A stretch of 64,000 bases of DNA from Acidimicrobiaceae bacterium (lineage in GTDB: Bacteria > Actinomycetota > Acidimicrobiia > Actinomarinales > Actinomarinaceae), in NCBI GenBank assembly GCA_028404505.1, contig JAOOBM010000003.1, forward strand, positions 12,330-76,329, written 5' to 3'. The notes beneath the pieces are model-generated. The model saw only the letters and a program-made list of their open reading frames with translations. It was not told where the DNA came from and searched no databases. Shown here in pieces: positions 18,740 through 28,166 of this stretch (the first letter of the stretch is position 1; each line of letters opens with the position of its first letter). Position numbers and translations under genes: made by a program.

Positions 18740-19492
18740 GTGAATATTAAGTTGAATGAAATTGCAAACAAGACTGTAATCGTTTCCGGTGGTAAAGGAA
18801 GCATGGGAGTGATGGTCTCAAATTTTATTAATGATCTAGATGACTTTGAAGTAATTGGGATAGTTGATCCTGGAGAAAATGACTCATCATTTAAAAACTT
18901 TTTAATATCGGATGATCTTGTATGTGATTATATTTTTGAATTTGCTCCAGCATCTGTTGTTAATGAAAATATTAAGATTCTTGTAAATAATGATGCCAAA
19001 TTAATAATTGGATCATCAGGTGTGAATGATGAATCAATTAAACTATTAAAAAATTCTGAAAAAGGAATTGCACTTATTCCTAATTTTTCAGCAGGTGCAG
19101 CTTTCCAAAAAGTTTTTTCTGAGCAGTTATCAAATACATTTAAGAATGTACACATAGTAGAAAAACATCATTCAAATAAGGAAGATGCACCATCTGGGAC
19201 TTCAAAAGATGTTGCTTCAAGTTTAGAAAAGATGAACTCAGAAGATATAGAGGGGGAGTATTTTGCAACAACCGAGGAAAATTCAATCAATATTTATTCA
19301 TTAAGATCGGATGATTATTTAGCTGAACAAGAAGTCGTATTTTCTAATACTTTTGAAGAATTTATTCTTGAACATAAAGTTAATGATAGAAAAGCATATT
19401 TAACAGGTATCGAGATAGTATTACGTGAAATGGAAAATGTAAATTCTTACGTTTATGGACTTGAAACTCTTATGAAAGAAGCAATGGACTGA
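18740..19492 (+). CDS. dapB: 4-hydroxy-tetrahydrodipicolinate reductase
   Basis: SGGKGSMG nucleotide-binding motif and EKHHSNKEDAPSGTS (DapB E-x-HH-x-x-K-x-DAPSGT signature). Confidence 0.8.
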   Translation: MNIKLNEIANKTVIVSGGKGSMGVMVSNFINDLDDFEVIGIVDPGENDSSFKNFLISDDLVCDYIFEFAPASVVNENIKILVNNDAKLIIGSSGVNDESIKLLKNSEKGIALIPNFSAGAAFQKVFSEQLSNTFKNVHIVEKHHSNKEDAPSGTSKDVASSLEKMNSEDIEGEYFATTEENSINIYSLRSDDYLAEQEVVFSNTFEEFILEHKVNDRKAYLTGIEIVLREMENVNSYVYGLETLMKEAMD

Positions 19493-19494
19493 TC

Positions 19495-20376
19495 ATGACT
19501 GAGTTTGGTAGTTTATTAACAGCTTCAATTACTCCATTTGATTCACGAGGTGTATTAAATACGGACACTCTATGGAGACTTTGTAGAAAATTGGTTCATG
19601 ACAAATCGGAAGGACTTGTACTTACTGGAACAACAGGAGAATCACCAAACCTTTCAATTAAAGACAGAGAGATTATTTACTCCACTGCTATAGATTCTGT
19701 GAGTGATAAAGCTAAGATTATTGCTGGTACTGGTACATATTCAACTTCTGAATCAATTGAAATTACTAAGATGGCAGATTCTCTAGGTGTAGACGGAATA
19801 ATGATTGTTACTCCGTATTATTCAAAACCTTCTCAACATGGAATTTTGCGTCATTTTGAAGAAATATCAAAAATAACAGATCTTCCAATAATGGCCTACA
19901 ACATTCCAGGTCGTACAAGTACGTTAATTGAACTTGAAACTCTTCAGACGCTTGTTGATGATATCGGCATTCATTCTATTAAAGATGCAGTTGGTGATTT
20001 TGAATTTTCTAAAAAGCAACTTGAATTGTTAAAGGATAAAGCAGATATTTATTCTGGAAACGATAACCAAACATATGACTTTGTAATAAATGGTGGAGTA
20101 GGAGTAGTTTCAGTTGCATCACATGTTATTGGTAATGAGATTTCTGAAATGATAAGTTTTGCCAAAGATAATGATTTAGAAAAAGCTGAAGAGATCAATA
20201 TGCAATTATCTAATTTATTCGAAGCAATATTTGAAGAGCCAAGTCCAGGACCAATTAAAAAAATCTTATCTGAAAGTTGGGAGGAAGTTGGAGAGCCTTT
20301 ACTTCCAATAACCTCAATTACACCTGAATTAGCCAATAAAATTAGGGGTTTTTACAAAAAAATAAAGGAAAATTAG
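19495..20376 (+). CDS. dapA: 4-hydroxy-tetrahydrodipicolinate synthase
   Basis: GTTGESPNLS, YNIPGRT and IKDAVGD motifs are typical of DapA. Adjacent to dapB. Confidence 0.9.
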   Translation: MTEFGSLLTASITPFDSRGVLNTDTLWRLCRKLVHDKSEGLVLTGTTGESPNLSIKDREIIYSTAIDSVSDKAKIIAGTGTYSTSESIEITKMADSLGVDGIMIVTPYYSKPSQHGILRHFEEISKITDLPIMAYNIPGRTSTLIELETLQTLVDDIGIHSIKDAVGDFEFSKKQLELLKDKADIYSGNDNQTYDFVINGGVGVVSVASHVIGNEISEMISFAKDNDLEKAEEINMQLSNLFEAIFEEPSPGPIKKILSESWEEVGEPLLPITSITPELANKIRGFYKKIKEN

Positions 20377-20396
20377 GCTTTTTTTACTATTTTCTA

Positions 20397-20405
20397 TGGT
20401 ATAAT
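20397..20405 (+). promoter_or_regulatory. extended -10 promoter element TGGTATAAT, 6 nt upstream of the ftsK GTG (leaderless geometry)
   Basis: Read directly from the sequence. No Shine-Dalgarno sequence can fit in the 6-nt gap. Confidence 0.4.
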
Positions 20406-20411
20406 ATACTC

Positions 20412-22769
20412 GTGGCTGTTAAGACATCCACTCGCAAAAGGGTTGATGGGCGTAAGCGGGTGTCTAAACCGAAAAATTTAATAAAAGTACCTCAAACTCT
20501 AAGAGGTATTTCAGATACTTCAAAAAATATCACTAGTTCATTTTTTAAGTCTTACCAAGCTGTCGCTGTCTTTATGACAGGTTTAGGCATTCTTGTAGGA
20601 TTATCTTCTTTTGGCAAAGCTGGTCCAATAGGAGAGTTCGTAAATAATTTACTTACATGGTCGTTTGGCTATGGTGTATATTTATTTCCTCTACTTTTGA
20701 TTTACGGTGCTGCAATTCTTATAAGAGATAAAGACTTTATAAATACCCAAAAAGTATTTATTGGAACAATCTGGGTACAAATATTCACTTCAGCATTATT
20801 TCACTTTTACATACACTCTGAACCACTGTCAATAAGTGTTGGGAGTGCTGCTCTACAAAAATCCGGAGGGTTTATTTCTGCATTCATTGTTTACCCATTA
20901 AATAATTTACTTGCTGCAGAAATGACGCATGTTGTGCTTTTATTCGGTTTGATCATTTCTGTTTTATATATGACAGATATAGAACTAAAAGATCTCATTG
21001 GTGGAGTTCAGGCAATTTTTGTTTACTCATATAGGTTTATTTTTGCATTTTATAAAGCTAGGAGAGAGGCATCTAAAATAAATTTTGATCTTATTAATAC
21101 TGAAACTATAACTCCATCAGAAGAAGTTGAAACTAATAATGTTGTTACATTGAAAAAGGAAAAAGTTAAAAAATCAGTTAATTCAAAGAAACCTAAGTCA
21201 AAAGAACCTTCATTGCCTAAATCGAAAAAACCAAATACAAAATCATCCAACTATGTACTTCCACCATTGAAATTATTAAAAATGGGTACTGATGTTTCTA
21301 CTTCAAAAAAACTTTTACAACAAACGGCAACAGATTTACAAAATCTCTTAAAAGAACATGGTGTAGAAGCAGAATTAACAAAAATTGTTCCTGGACCAAC
21401 TGTCACAAGATATGAGATTGAGTTATCACCTGGTGTTAAAGTATCTAAAGTTACATCGCTTTCACACGATATTGCCTATGCATTAGCTACACCAGATGTA
21501 AGACTTTTAGCCCCAATTCCCGGAAGAAGTGCGATTGGTATTGAGATTCCAAATAGACAAAGAAGACTTGTTTCATTGGGAGATGTTCTTACCTCACCAG
21601 AGGCAAAAAAATTAGATCATCCATTAAATGTAGGACTTGGATTAGATATTTCAGGTCAAGCTAGACTAATAAACTTATCTGAACTACCTCACGTTTTGAT
21701 AGCAGGTCAAACTGGTGCAGGTAAATCTTCTTGTATAAATTCAATTGTTACTTCTCTTTTAATGAGAACTAATCCAGATGAAGTAAAAATGGTAATGGTA
21801 GATCCAAAAAGAGTAGAGTTAGGACAATACAACAATGTACCTCATTTACTTACAAAGGTAATTACAAACCCAAAGAAAGCTGTTGATGCTTTATCTTGGG
21901 CTGTATCTGAAATGGATAGAAGATATGATTTATTAGCTGATGGGCAAGTACGAGACATTAATGGATATCATGAAAAATTTGATGCTGGATTATTAGATAC
22001 AGAAAAATTTGATAGATTTCCATACATAGTTGTGTGCATTGATGAATTGAATGATTTGATGATGGTTGCTGGTAGGGAAGTGGAGTCGGCCATTGTAAGA
22101 CTTGCTCAAATGGCTAGAGCAATTGGAATACACTTAGTTGTCGCAACTCAAAGACCTTCTGTAGATGTTATAACTGGTGTAATGAAAGCAAATATTCCTT
22201 CAAGACTTGCATTTTCTGTAGCCTCAACAACAGACTCAAGAGTTATCCTTGATCAGTCTGGAGCTGAAAAATTAATTGGGCTTGGAGACATGCTCATTGT
22301 TACAGCTTCAAATCCTAGATTAGAAAGAATCCAAGGTGCTTGGGTTACTGAGGAAGAAATTAAAGATGTAGTCTCATGGGTTAAGTCACAAAAAGAAGCT
22401 GAATATAATCCTGCTGTTATTGAAGAACAAAAATCTACAACTGTTCAAAGTGAAGATGATTTAGGTGAAGATGAAGAGTTAATTAAAACTGCTACAGATC
22501 TTGTTGTTAGATCACAATTAGGATCCACTTCAATGTTACAAAGAAAACTAAGAGTTGGATTTGCTAGAGCAGGTAGATTAATGGATATTCTTGAATCTCA
22601 AGGAATTGTAGGACCTTCAGAAGGCTCAAAAGCAAGAGAGGTTTTAATTACAGTAGAAGAATATGAAACAAATAATCTTTCATCAATTGATGATGCTAGT
22701 GATATTGAACAATCTGAGACTGCAGACGATGAAGTTGAGACGGCTGACGATAATTGGTACGAAGAGTAA
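20412..22769 (+). CDS. ftsK: DNA translocase FtsK/SpoIIIE
   Basis: N-terminal TM helices, K/P/S-rich linker, Walker A GQTGAGKSS, ATQRPSVDVITG, and C-terminal gamma domain SMLQRKLRVGFARAGRLMD. Confidence 0.9.
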   Translation: MAVKTSTRKRVDGRKRVSKPKNLIKVPQTLRGISDTSKNITSSFFKSYQAVAVFMTGLGILVGLSSFGKAGPIGEFVNNLLTWSFGYGVYLFPLLLIYGAAILIRDKDFINTQKVFIGTIWVQIFTSALFHFYIHSEPLSISVGSAALQKSGGFISAFIVYPLNNLLAAEMTHVVLLFGLIISVLYMTDIELKDLIGGVQAIFVYSYRFIFAFYKARREASKINFDLINTETITPSEEVETNNVVTLKKEKVKKSVNSKKPKSKEPSLPKSKKPNTKSSNYVLPPLKLLKMGTDVSTSKKLLQQTATDLQNLLKEHGVEAELTKIVPGPTVTRYEIELSPGVKVSKVTSLSHDIAYALATPDVRLLAPIPGRSAIGIEIPNRQRRLVSLGDVLTSPEAKKLDHPLNVGLGLDISGQARLINLSELPHVLIAGQTGAGKSSCINSIVTSLLMRTNPDEVKMVMVDPKRVELGQYNNVPHLLTKVITNPKKAVDALSWAVSEMDRRYDLLADGQVRDINGYHEKFDAGLLDTEKFDRFPYIVVCIDELNDLMMVAGREVESAIVRLAQMARAIGIHLVVATQRPSVDVITGVMKANIPSRLAFSVASTTDSRVILDQSGAEKLIGLGDMLIVTASNPRLERIQGAWVTEEEIKDVVSWVKSQKEAEYNPAVIEEQKSTTVQSEDDLGEDEELIKTATDLVVRSQLGSTSMLQRKLRVGFARAGRLMDILESQGIVGPSEGSKAREVLITVEEYETNNLSSIDDASDIEQSETADDEVETADDNWYEE

Positions 22770-23594
22770 TTAACTTTTTACTACTTTTCCTTTAATAATT
22801 CTATTTCTTATTGCTGCTGAAATTGTATCTGCTGTAAGAACTAAAATAATTGTACATATAAGTACAGTACCTGCTCTAGGAAAATCTCTAAACCTCAGTT
22901 GATTTATAAGTTCTTGACCAACTCCACCCGCGCCTACAACACCTAATACTGCAGAAGCTCTCAAGTTTATTTCAAACCTATAAAGCCAATAAGAAGTTAT
23001 TGTTGGCATTACTTGAGGAATTACACCAAATGAAAGCTCATTTAATTTGGATCCACCTGAAGATTTTATAGCTTCTAAAGGTCCTTCATCTATTCCCTCG
23101 ATAACCTCTGAAGATAATTTTCCTAATGTGCCAATTGAATGTATGCCTACTGCTAATGTTCCAGTAAATGGACCAAGTCCAGTAATTGGTAAGAAAACAA
23201 ATGCTAAAATTAATTCAGGAAATGCCCTTATTGCATTTAATATTTGTTTAGTTGTTCTACTCACAATTCCAACAGCAACATTTTGGGCAGCTAAAAAAGA
23301 TACTGGAAAGCTAAATATTGCTCCAATTACTGTTCCAGCCCATGCTATAAATAAGGATTCAAAAACTTTAGGTATTATTCTGTCAAATGCTTCTTGACTT
23401 AGATCAAGAGGAAACATAGCTCCTACTAATATACCAATTTGCCTTGGAGCATCTATTATTCTTTCTAAAGTTATCTCAAGTCCAGCTGCTGACCATAATG
23501 ACCCAATTATTATTAATGTGGTTAATGAATATTTGAGTATTCGTTGACTTAATGGCTGTTGTGGAATCTTCATATAATCCTTCTTCTTATCCAT
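22770..23594 (-). CDS. phnE: phosphonate ABC transporter permease
   Basis: PhnE-type permease pattern (EAIKSSGGSKLNELSFGVIPQVMP, GAGGVGQEL). Confidence 0.85.
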   Translation of the reverse strand: MDKKKDYMKIPQQPLSQRILKYSLTTLIIIGSLWSAAGLEITLERIIDAPRQIGILVGAMFPLDLSQEAFDRIIPKVFESLFIAWAGTVIGAIFSFPVSFLAAQNVAVGIVSRTTKQILNAIRAFPELILAFVFLPITGLGPFTGTLAVGIHSIGTLGKLSSEVIEGIDEGPLEAIKSSGGSKLNELSFGVIPQVMPTITSYWLYRFEINLRASAVLGVVGAGGVGQELINQLRFRDFPRAGTVLICTIILVLTADTISAAIRNRIIKGKVVKS

Positions 23595-24358
23595 ACACTG
23601 AATTGTTCAATAAGAATGACAACTACAAGAATTATTACAATAATTGGAGATATTCTATCAAACCTAAGAAAGATTCTTTGTGTTTCAATAATTCTACCAA
23701 CCCCACCTGCACCAACTAAACCAAGAATGACACTAGCTCTTATGCATAACTCAAAAATGTAAAGAAAATAAGCAGTATAATTTGGCAACACTTGTGGTAA
23801 CGCAGAAGTAAAAACTGATTGATTATGTGATGCTCCCGTTGCTTTTGCAGCTTCCATAGGTCCAGGATCTATACTGTCAATAGTCTCAGACAGAAGCTTA
23901 CCCATTATTGCAAGTGAAAACATAATTAATGCAAGAACACCAGCAAATGGTCCTATCCCCACTGCAACAGTGAATAACATAGCCCAAAACAAATCTGGAA
24001 TTGTTCTTACAAGATTTAAAAACGATTTATATAAAAAATAAGAGTATTTGTTTAAATTTGTAGCTCTTGATGCATAAAAAGCTAATGGTAAAGCAACTGC
24101 ACATCCAACGATACTTGCAAGGATTGCTATCTGTACAGTTTCGAGTAATGCATCTGCTGTGTTTTCCCAAGCCCATTGCCATTTGGGATTAAATAATGGA
24201 TCTGTAACAATTGCTCTGTTTGCTAGATTTTCCCTAAAGTCTTGAAGGTTGAAACCTATTCTTCTAAAAGAAAAAATTGTAAACAGTATTGCTGCAGGTA
24301 TACCTAAAGTTACAAGGTACGTTGGTGCCGGTTTTTTTGGTATATTAATCATCACCAA
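23570..24358 (-). CDS. phnE: phosphonate ABC transporter permease (second copy)
   Basis: EAAKATGASHNQSVFTSALPQVLP and GAGGVGRII. Paralogous to the downstream permease. Confidence 0.85.
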   Translation of the reverse strand: MVMINIPKKPAPTYLVTLGIPAAILFTIFSFRRIGFNLQDFRENLANRAIVTDPLFNPKWQWAWENTADALLETVQIAILASIVGCAVALPLAFYASRATNLNKYSYFLYKSFLNLVRTIPDLFWAMLFTVAVGIGPFAGVLALIMFSLAIMGKLLSETIDSIDPGPMEAAKATGASHNQSVFTSALPQVLPNYTAYFLYIFELCIRASVILGLVGAGGVGRIIETQRIFLRFDRISPIIVIILVVVILIEQFSVWIRRRII

Positions 24359-25112
24359 TTAGATCAGAAGATTTAATTGATCTTCCATATATATTTTCAA
24401 AATCTTCATCGGAAACATCGTTTACATTCCCATCAAATACAAGTTTCCCATCTCTAAGTCCAATAAGTCTATCTCCAAATTCCTTTGCCAAATCAAGAAA
24501 ATGCAAATTAACAATCGTGGTTATTCCAAGTTCAGTATTTACTTTCTTTAAATAACTCATTACAACTCTTGATGTAATTGGATCTAAGGAAGCAACAGGC
24601 TCATCAGCCAACATAACTTTTGGTTTTTGAGATAAAGCTCTGGCAATACCTACTCTTTGTTGTTGACCACCGGATAAGTTTGATGCTCTCACATATGCTT
24701 TTTCTAATATCTCAACCTGGTTTAAGGCTTCAAATGCCATTTCTTTTTGATCTTTAGGCCAAAGTCCCAGTATTGATCTAATTGTTGAAATATTACTCAA
24801 TCTACCAGTAAGAACATTTTTTAAAACGGTTGACCTATTAACAAGATTAAATGTTTGAAAAATCATTCCAATCTGTGATCTAATTTTTTTCAATTCCTTT
24901 TTTTTTGCACTCGTAACATTTTTACCTTCCAAATAGACAGAACCAGTTGAAGGTTTAACTAGATTATTTACTGTTCTTAGAAGGGTAGATTTACCTGCAC
25001 CAGAAAGACCTACAATAATGATAAAATCTCCATCATTGATCTCGAGGTTTAGATCTTTTAGTGCTTCAACGCCTCCTGGATAGGTGACGCTTACATTTTC
25101 AAATTTAATCAT
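24345..25112 (-). CDS. phnC: phosphonate ABC transporter ATP-binding protein
   Basis: Walker A GLSGAGKST, signature LSGGQQQRV, Walker B MLADEP. PhnC-type N-terminus. Confidence 0.9.
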   Translation of the reverse strand: MIKFENVSVTYPGGVEALKDLNLEINDGDFIIIVGLSGAGKSTLLRTVNNLVKPSTGSVYLEGKNVTSAKKKELKKIRSQIGMIFQTFNLVNRSTVLKNVLTGRLSNISTIRSILGLWPKDQKEMAFEALNQVEILEKAYVRASNLSGGQQQRVGIARALSQKPKVMLADEPVASLDPITSRVVMSYLKKVNTELGITTIVNLHFLDLAKEFGDRLIGLRDGKLVFDGNVNDVSDEDFENIYGRSIKSSDLIGDD

Positions 25113-25124
25113 AATAAGAATTTT

Positions 25125-25150
25125 AACCGGGCTGAAAAATCAACCCGGTT
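25125..25150 (-). other. GC-rich intercistronic hairpin between phnD and phnC
   Basis: AACCGGG (25125..25131) pairs with CCCGGTT (25144..25150) around a 12-nt loop. No clear U-tract on the coding strand. Confidence 0.4.
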
Positions 25151-25160
25151 AAAAAATCTT

Positions 25161-26294
25161 TTAATCGTCGTAAAGCCCGAATTCTTCAGCTGCTTGTTTT
25201 ACAACATCAAATTCTGAGTTATCTGCAGGTACGACATCTGTCCAGCCATAAATTTCATCCATAACTGCGGCTCCTTCATCAGTAGCCATGTAGTCAGATA
25301 ATATTTGATATATTTTTGATTTTATATCTTCTGGTAAGTCAGATCTTACAGCAACAACATCATTAGGAATTTCTGCTGAGATTCCTATAGCAATAACTTT
25401 TTCACCAACATCTGGGTTAGTTTTTCTTAAAGTTCTTCTTGCATCATCATAAGTAACGCCAAATTTAGCATCGCCATTGTACAATCCGGAAATAACTCCG
25501 TCATGAGATCCTGCAAAAACTTGCGTGATATCAGATGTGTAATCAATACCCATATTTTTCAACTGTAATGAAGGATATAGATATCCAGATGTTGAACCCT
25601 CTTCAACAAATAATACCTTTTCACCCCTTAATACATTTAAATCTGCCTCACATGCATATCCTGGGCTGACTGTTACATCAACTCCATCAATATTTCTAAC
25701 CTCTGGAATTTTTCCGTCATCACCAAAGGTCCAACCAACTTGTAATGCTTTAACATCTGGAGATTCTGTTTCAGAACCTAAAATAAGTGTTGGAACACCG
25801 TCAATATTTTCAAATGCTCCGATTACAGGTGGCGAATCACAAACACTCGCATCTGTTGTCCAGAAATTTGCGTGGTATGAACCAGAACCATATCTTACAA
25901 CTTTAGCAATTGCCTCAATTCTTGTTGGGAAAACATTTAGTGCATTAACATAGCCCAAAGTATTAAATGCTCCAATGTCAGCTTGGCCAGATCCCATTGC
26001 AACTAATAAACCAGAAAAGTCACTAGTTACAAATCCTTCAACCTCAATACCAAGTCCATCAGTTAAAACTTTCATTAATGGTTTGATATTGTCTTGAAGA
26101 TCAGCTTGTTCTGCACTTGGAATGAAACCGAATGTAATTTTATCTAAAACTTCAGCTGTAGTTACTGCTGGAGAATCTAGAGTTTCTACCTCTTCTTCAA
26201 CAACTGCAGATTCTTCTACTGTCTCTTCTTCAGTACCACCGCAAGCAGCTAGTACAAGTGAGAGACAAAGAAGTATAAGAAATGTTTTTTTCAC
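25161..26294 (-). CDS. phnD: phosphate/phosphite/phosphonate ABC transporter substrate-binding lipoprotein
   Basis: Lipobox LVLAACGG, E/V-rich linker, PhnD-like core (FGFIPS, YHANFWT). GTG start with GGAGGA upstream. Confidence 0.85.
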   Translation of the reverse strand: MKKTFLILLCLSLVLAACGGTEEETVEESAVVEEEVETLDSPAVTTAEVLDKITFGFIPSAEQADLQDNIKPLMKVLTDGLGIEVEGFVTSDFSGLLVAMGSGQADIGAFNTLGYVNALNVFPTRIEAIAKVVRYGSGSYHANFWTTDASVCDSPPVIGAFENIDGVPTLILGSETESPDVKALQVGWTFGDDGKIPEVRNIDGVDVTVSPGYACEADLNVLRGEKVLFVEEGSTSGYLYPSLQLKNMGIDYTSDITQVFAGSHDGVISGLYNGDAKFGVTYDDARRTLRKTNPDVGEKVIAIGISAEIPNDVVAVRSDLPEDIKSKIYQILSDYMATDEGAAVMDEIYGWTDVVPADNSEFDVVKQAAEEFGLYDD

Positions 26295-26374
26295 ATTTTC
26301 CTCCGCTAGATTACACTCTCATCATACAATTTATGACAGAAACTGCTTGAGTATTAAGTTAAAATTTTGTAAAT

Positions 26375-26836
26375 TTATAAATCGTTTGGTACGTATCCAT
26401 ATTCTCGCGAAAGAATACTTCCATCTGTATCGATAATTACAGAAATTGGTTGACCAATAATTTTTAAATTATCTCTCATATCAGATGTAGAAAACCCAAT
26501 TGTAATTTCACCTTTTAGATTTTCTGAAACCCAACTCATAGTTGAATCCACATCACTATGTGCCAATGCGATTACATCATAGTTTTGGCTAACTGCTGCT
26601 AGATTAGCTTCTAAGAGAGGCAACTCCTCTCTACAAATTCCTCAATAATCAGCCCAGAAAACAACAAGTGTTTTCTTATTAGTAAGATCTTCATTAACTA
26701 AATTTCCATTTTCATCTTCGTATATAAGTTCTTCAATTGAAGATGCTGCTGCACTATTTGTCGGTTCATTTGAGGTACTATCCGATCCTGATGAACAAAA
26801 AGATAGTAAAAGTAAAAGTATGATTGTTTTTCTCAT
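26375..26836 (-). CDS. TlpA/ResA-like thioredoxin-fold lipoprotein with in-frame TGA at the first redox Cys (candidate selenoprotein; alternatively a pseudogene)
   Basis: ORFs 26642..26836 and 26375..26623 share a frame. The junction reads VVFWADY-TGA-GICREELPLLEA, a U-G-I-C version of WCxxC. Signal peptide MRKTIILLLLLSFCSSG. Confidence 0.55.
26614..26632 (-). promoter_or_regulatory. candidate bacterial SECIS hairpin
   Basis: In the mRNA, AGAGAGG-AGUUG-CCUCUCU (7-bp stem, 5-nt loop containing GU) starts 9 nt after the UGA at 26642..26644. Confidence 0.4.
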
Positions 26837-26883
26837 ACATTTATCCTAGTTATATTTAAATTAAACATTGCTAACCTAAAAAT

Positions 26884-28092
26884 ATGAAAATTGGTTTTTT
26901 AACAATTGGTACAGAAATATTGCTAGGGGATACAGTCAATACAAACCTAACAAACCTTGGCAAACGTTTATATGAAAATGGATTTAAATTAGATAAAGAT
27001 ATTACAATTTCAGATCAAGAAGATGAAATTAATAATGCACTTAATTTTTTACTCAAAGATTGTGATGTAATTATCACTTCAGGAGGTCTTGGGCCAACAG
27101 AAGATGATATAACAAAGGAAACAATTTCTGAATCTTTATCAATGGAACTTGAGCTAGATGATGATCATCTAGAGTGGATGAAAGAACGTTGGAAAGCTCG
27201 CGGGTTAATTATGCCTGATACAAATATAAAGCAAGCTTATATTCCAGTTGGAAGTGAAAAACTAACCAACACTCAGGGAACAGCACCTGGTATAAAAATT
27301 AATCATGACAATAAATTCATTTTTATCTTTCCAGGACCGCCAAGAGAATTTATACCTCTTGTTGAGGATGAGTTGATCCCTTTTCTAAGTAAAAATTACG
27401 AAAAAGAAAATACAGAATATCAATTTGTTATGTTTTTCAATCAAGCAGAATCATCATTGGCTGCTGAAATAAATAAATTTAAACCAGAGGGATTAGATAT
27501 TGCTTATCTTGCAAGTAAAGGGATCATTAAATTACGATTTGATAAAAACTCTGTCTCAAATGATCAATCTGATATGTTTCTACAAAAGATAGATGAAACA
27601 TTTGAAGATGATATTTTATCTTACGAAAATATTACAGTCGAAAAAGTACTTGGAAATTTAATTAGTGATTCAAAGCTTCAAATCTCTTTTGTTGAAAGTA
27701 TCACTGGGGGTTTGATTTCCTCATTGCTTGTGAAGAATCCAGGGATAAGTAAATATTTTATTGGATCTGACATTGTTTATACAAAAGAGTCAAAAAAAAT
27801 ATTATTAAACGATGAAAATATTAATTTTGACGATTGGGAAGAATTAACGTATAACCTGACCATATCCTCATTAAATAAATATAAATCTAATATAGCTCTT
27901 ACAATTTTAGGAGAGGCAGGACCAATCTCATCTAGTCAATACCCTGTAGGAACAATCTTTATTTGTATATCAAATGGAAAGAAAACAGTTATTTCAGACC
28001 ATAAAATGAATGGAAATAGAGCTGAAATCTTAGAAAGAGCAGCAAATAAAGCTCAATGGGAATTGATTAAATTCATAAAAAACTTGTATTAG
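26884..28092 (+). CDS. cinA: competence/damage-inducible protein CinA (MoCF-binding domain plus PncC nicotinamide-nucleotide amidase domain)
   Basis: IGTEILLGDTVNTN, ITSGGLGPTEDDITKE and C-terminal ESITGG. Immediately upstream of recA. Confidence 0.85.
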   Translation: MKIGFLTIGTEILLGDTVNTNLTNLGKRLYENGFKLDKDITISDQEDEINNALNFLLKDCDVIITSGGLGPTEDDITKETISESLSMELELDDDHLEWMKERWKARGLIMPDTNIKQAYIPVGSEKLTNTQGTAPGIKINHDNKFIFIFPGPPREFIPLVEDELIPFLSKNYEKENTEYQFVMFFNQAESSLAAEINKFKPEGLDIAYLASKGIIKLRFDKNSVSNDQSDMFLQKIDETFEDDILSYENITVEKVLGNLISDSKLQISFVESITGGLISSLLVKNPGISKYFIGSDIVYTKESKKILLNDENINFDDWEELTYNLTISSLNKYKSNIALTILGEAGPISSSQYPVGTIFICISNGKKTVISDHKMNGNRAEILERAANKAQWELIKFIKNLY

Positions 28093-28105
28093 AACAAATG
28101 TTCTA
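28090..28105. promoter_or_regulatory. LexA (SOS) box TAGAACAAATGTTCTA upstream of recA
   Basis: Perfect GAAC-N4-GTTC palindrome (Cheo-box / actinobacterial type), 62 nt upstream of the recA ATG, overlapping the cinA stop codon. Confidence 0.6.
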
Positions 28106-28166
28106 GTAAAATTGTCTTACTTAGATGTTTTAATATAAATTAATTATTGTTAATTAAGGAGAAAAA

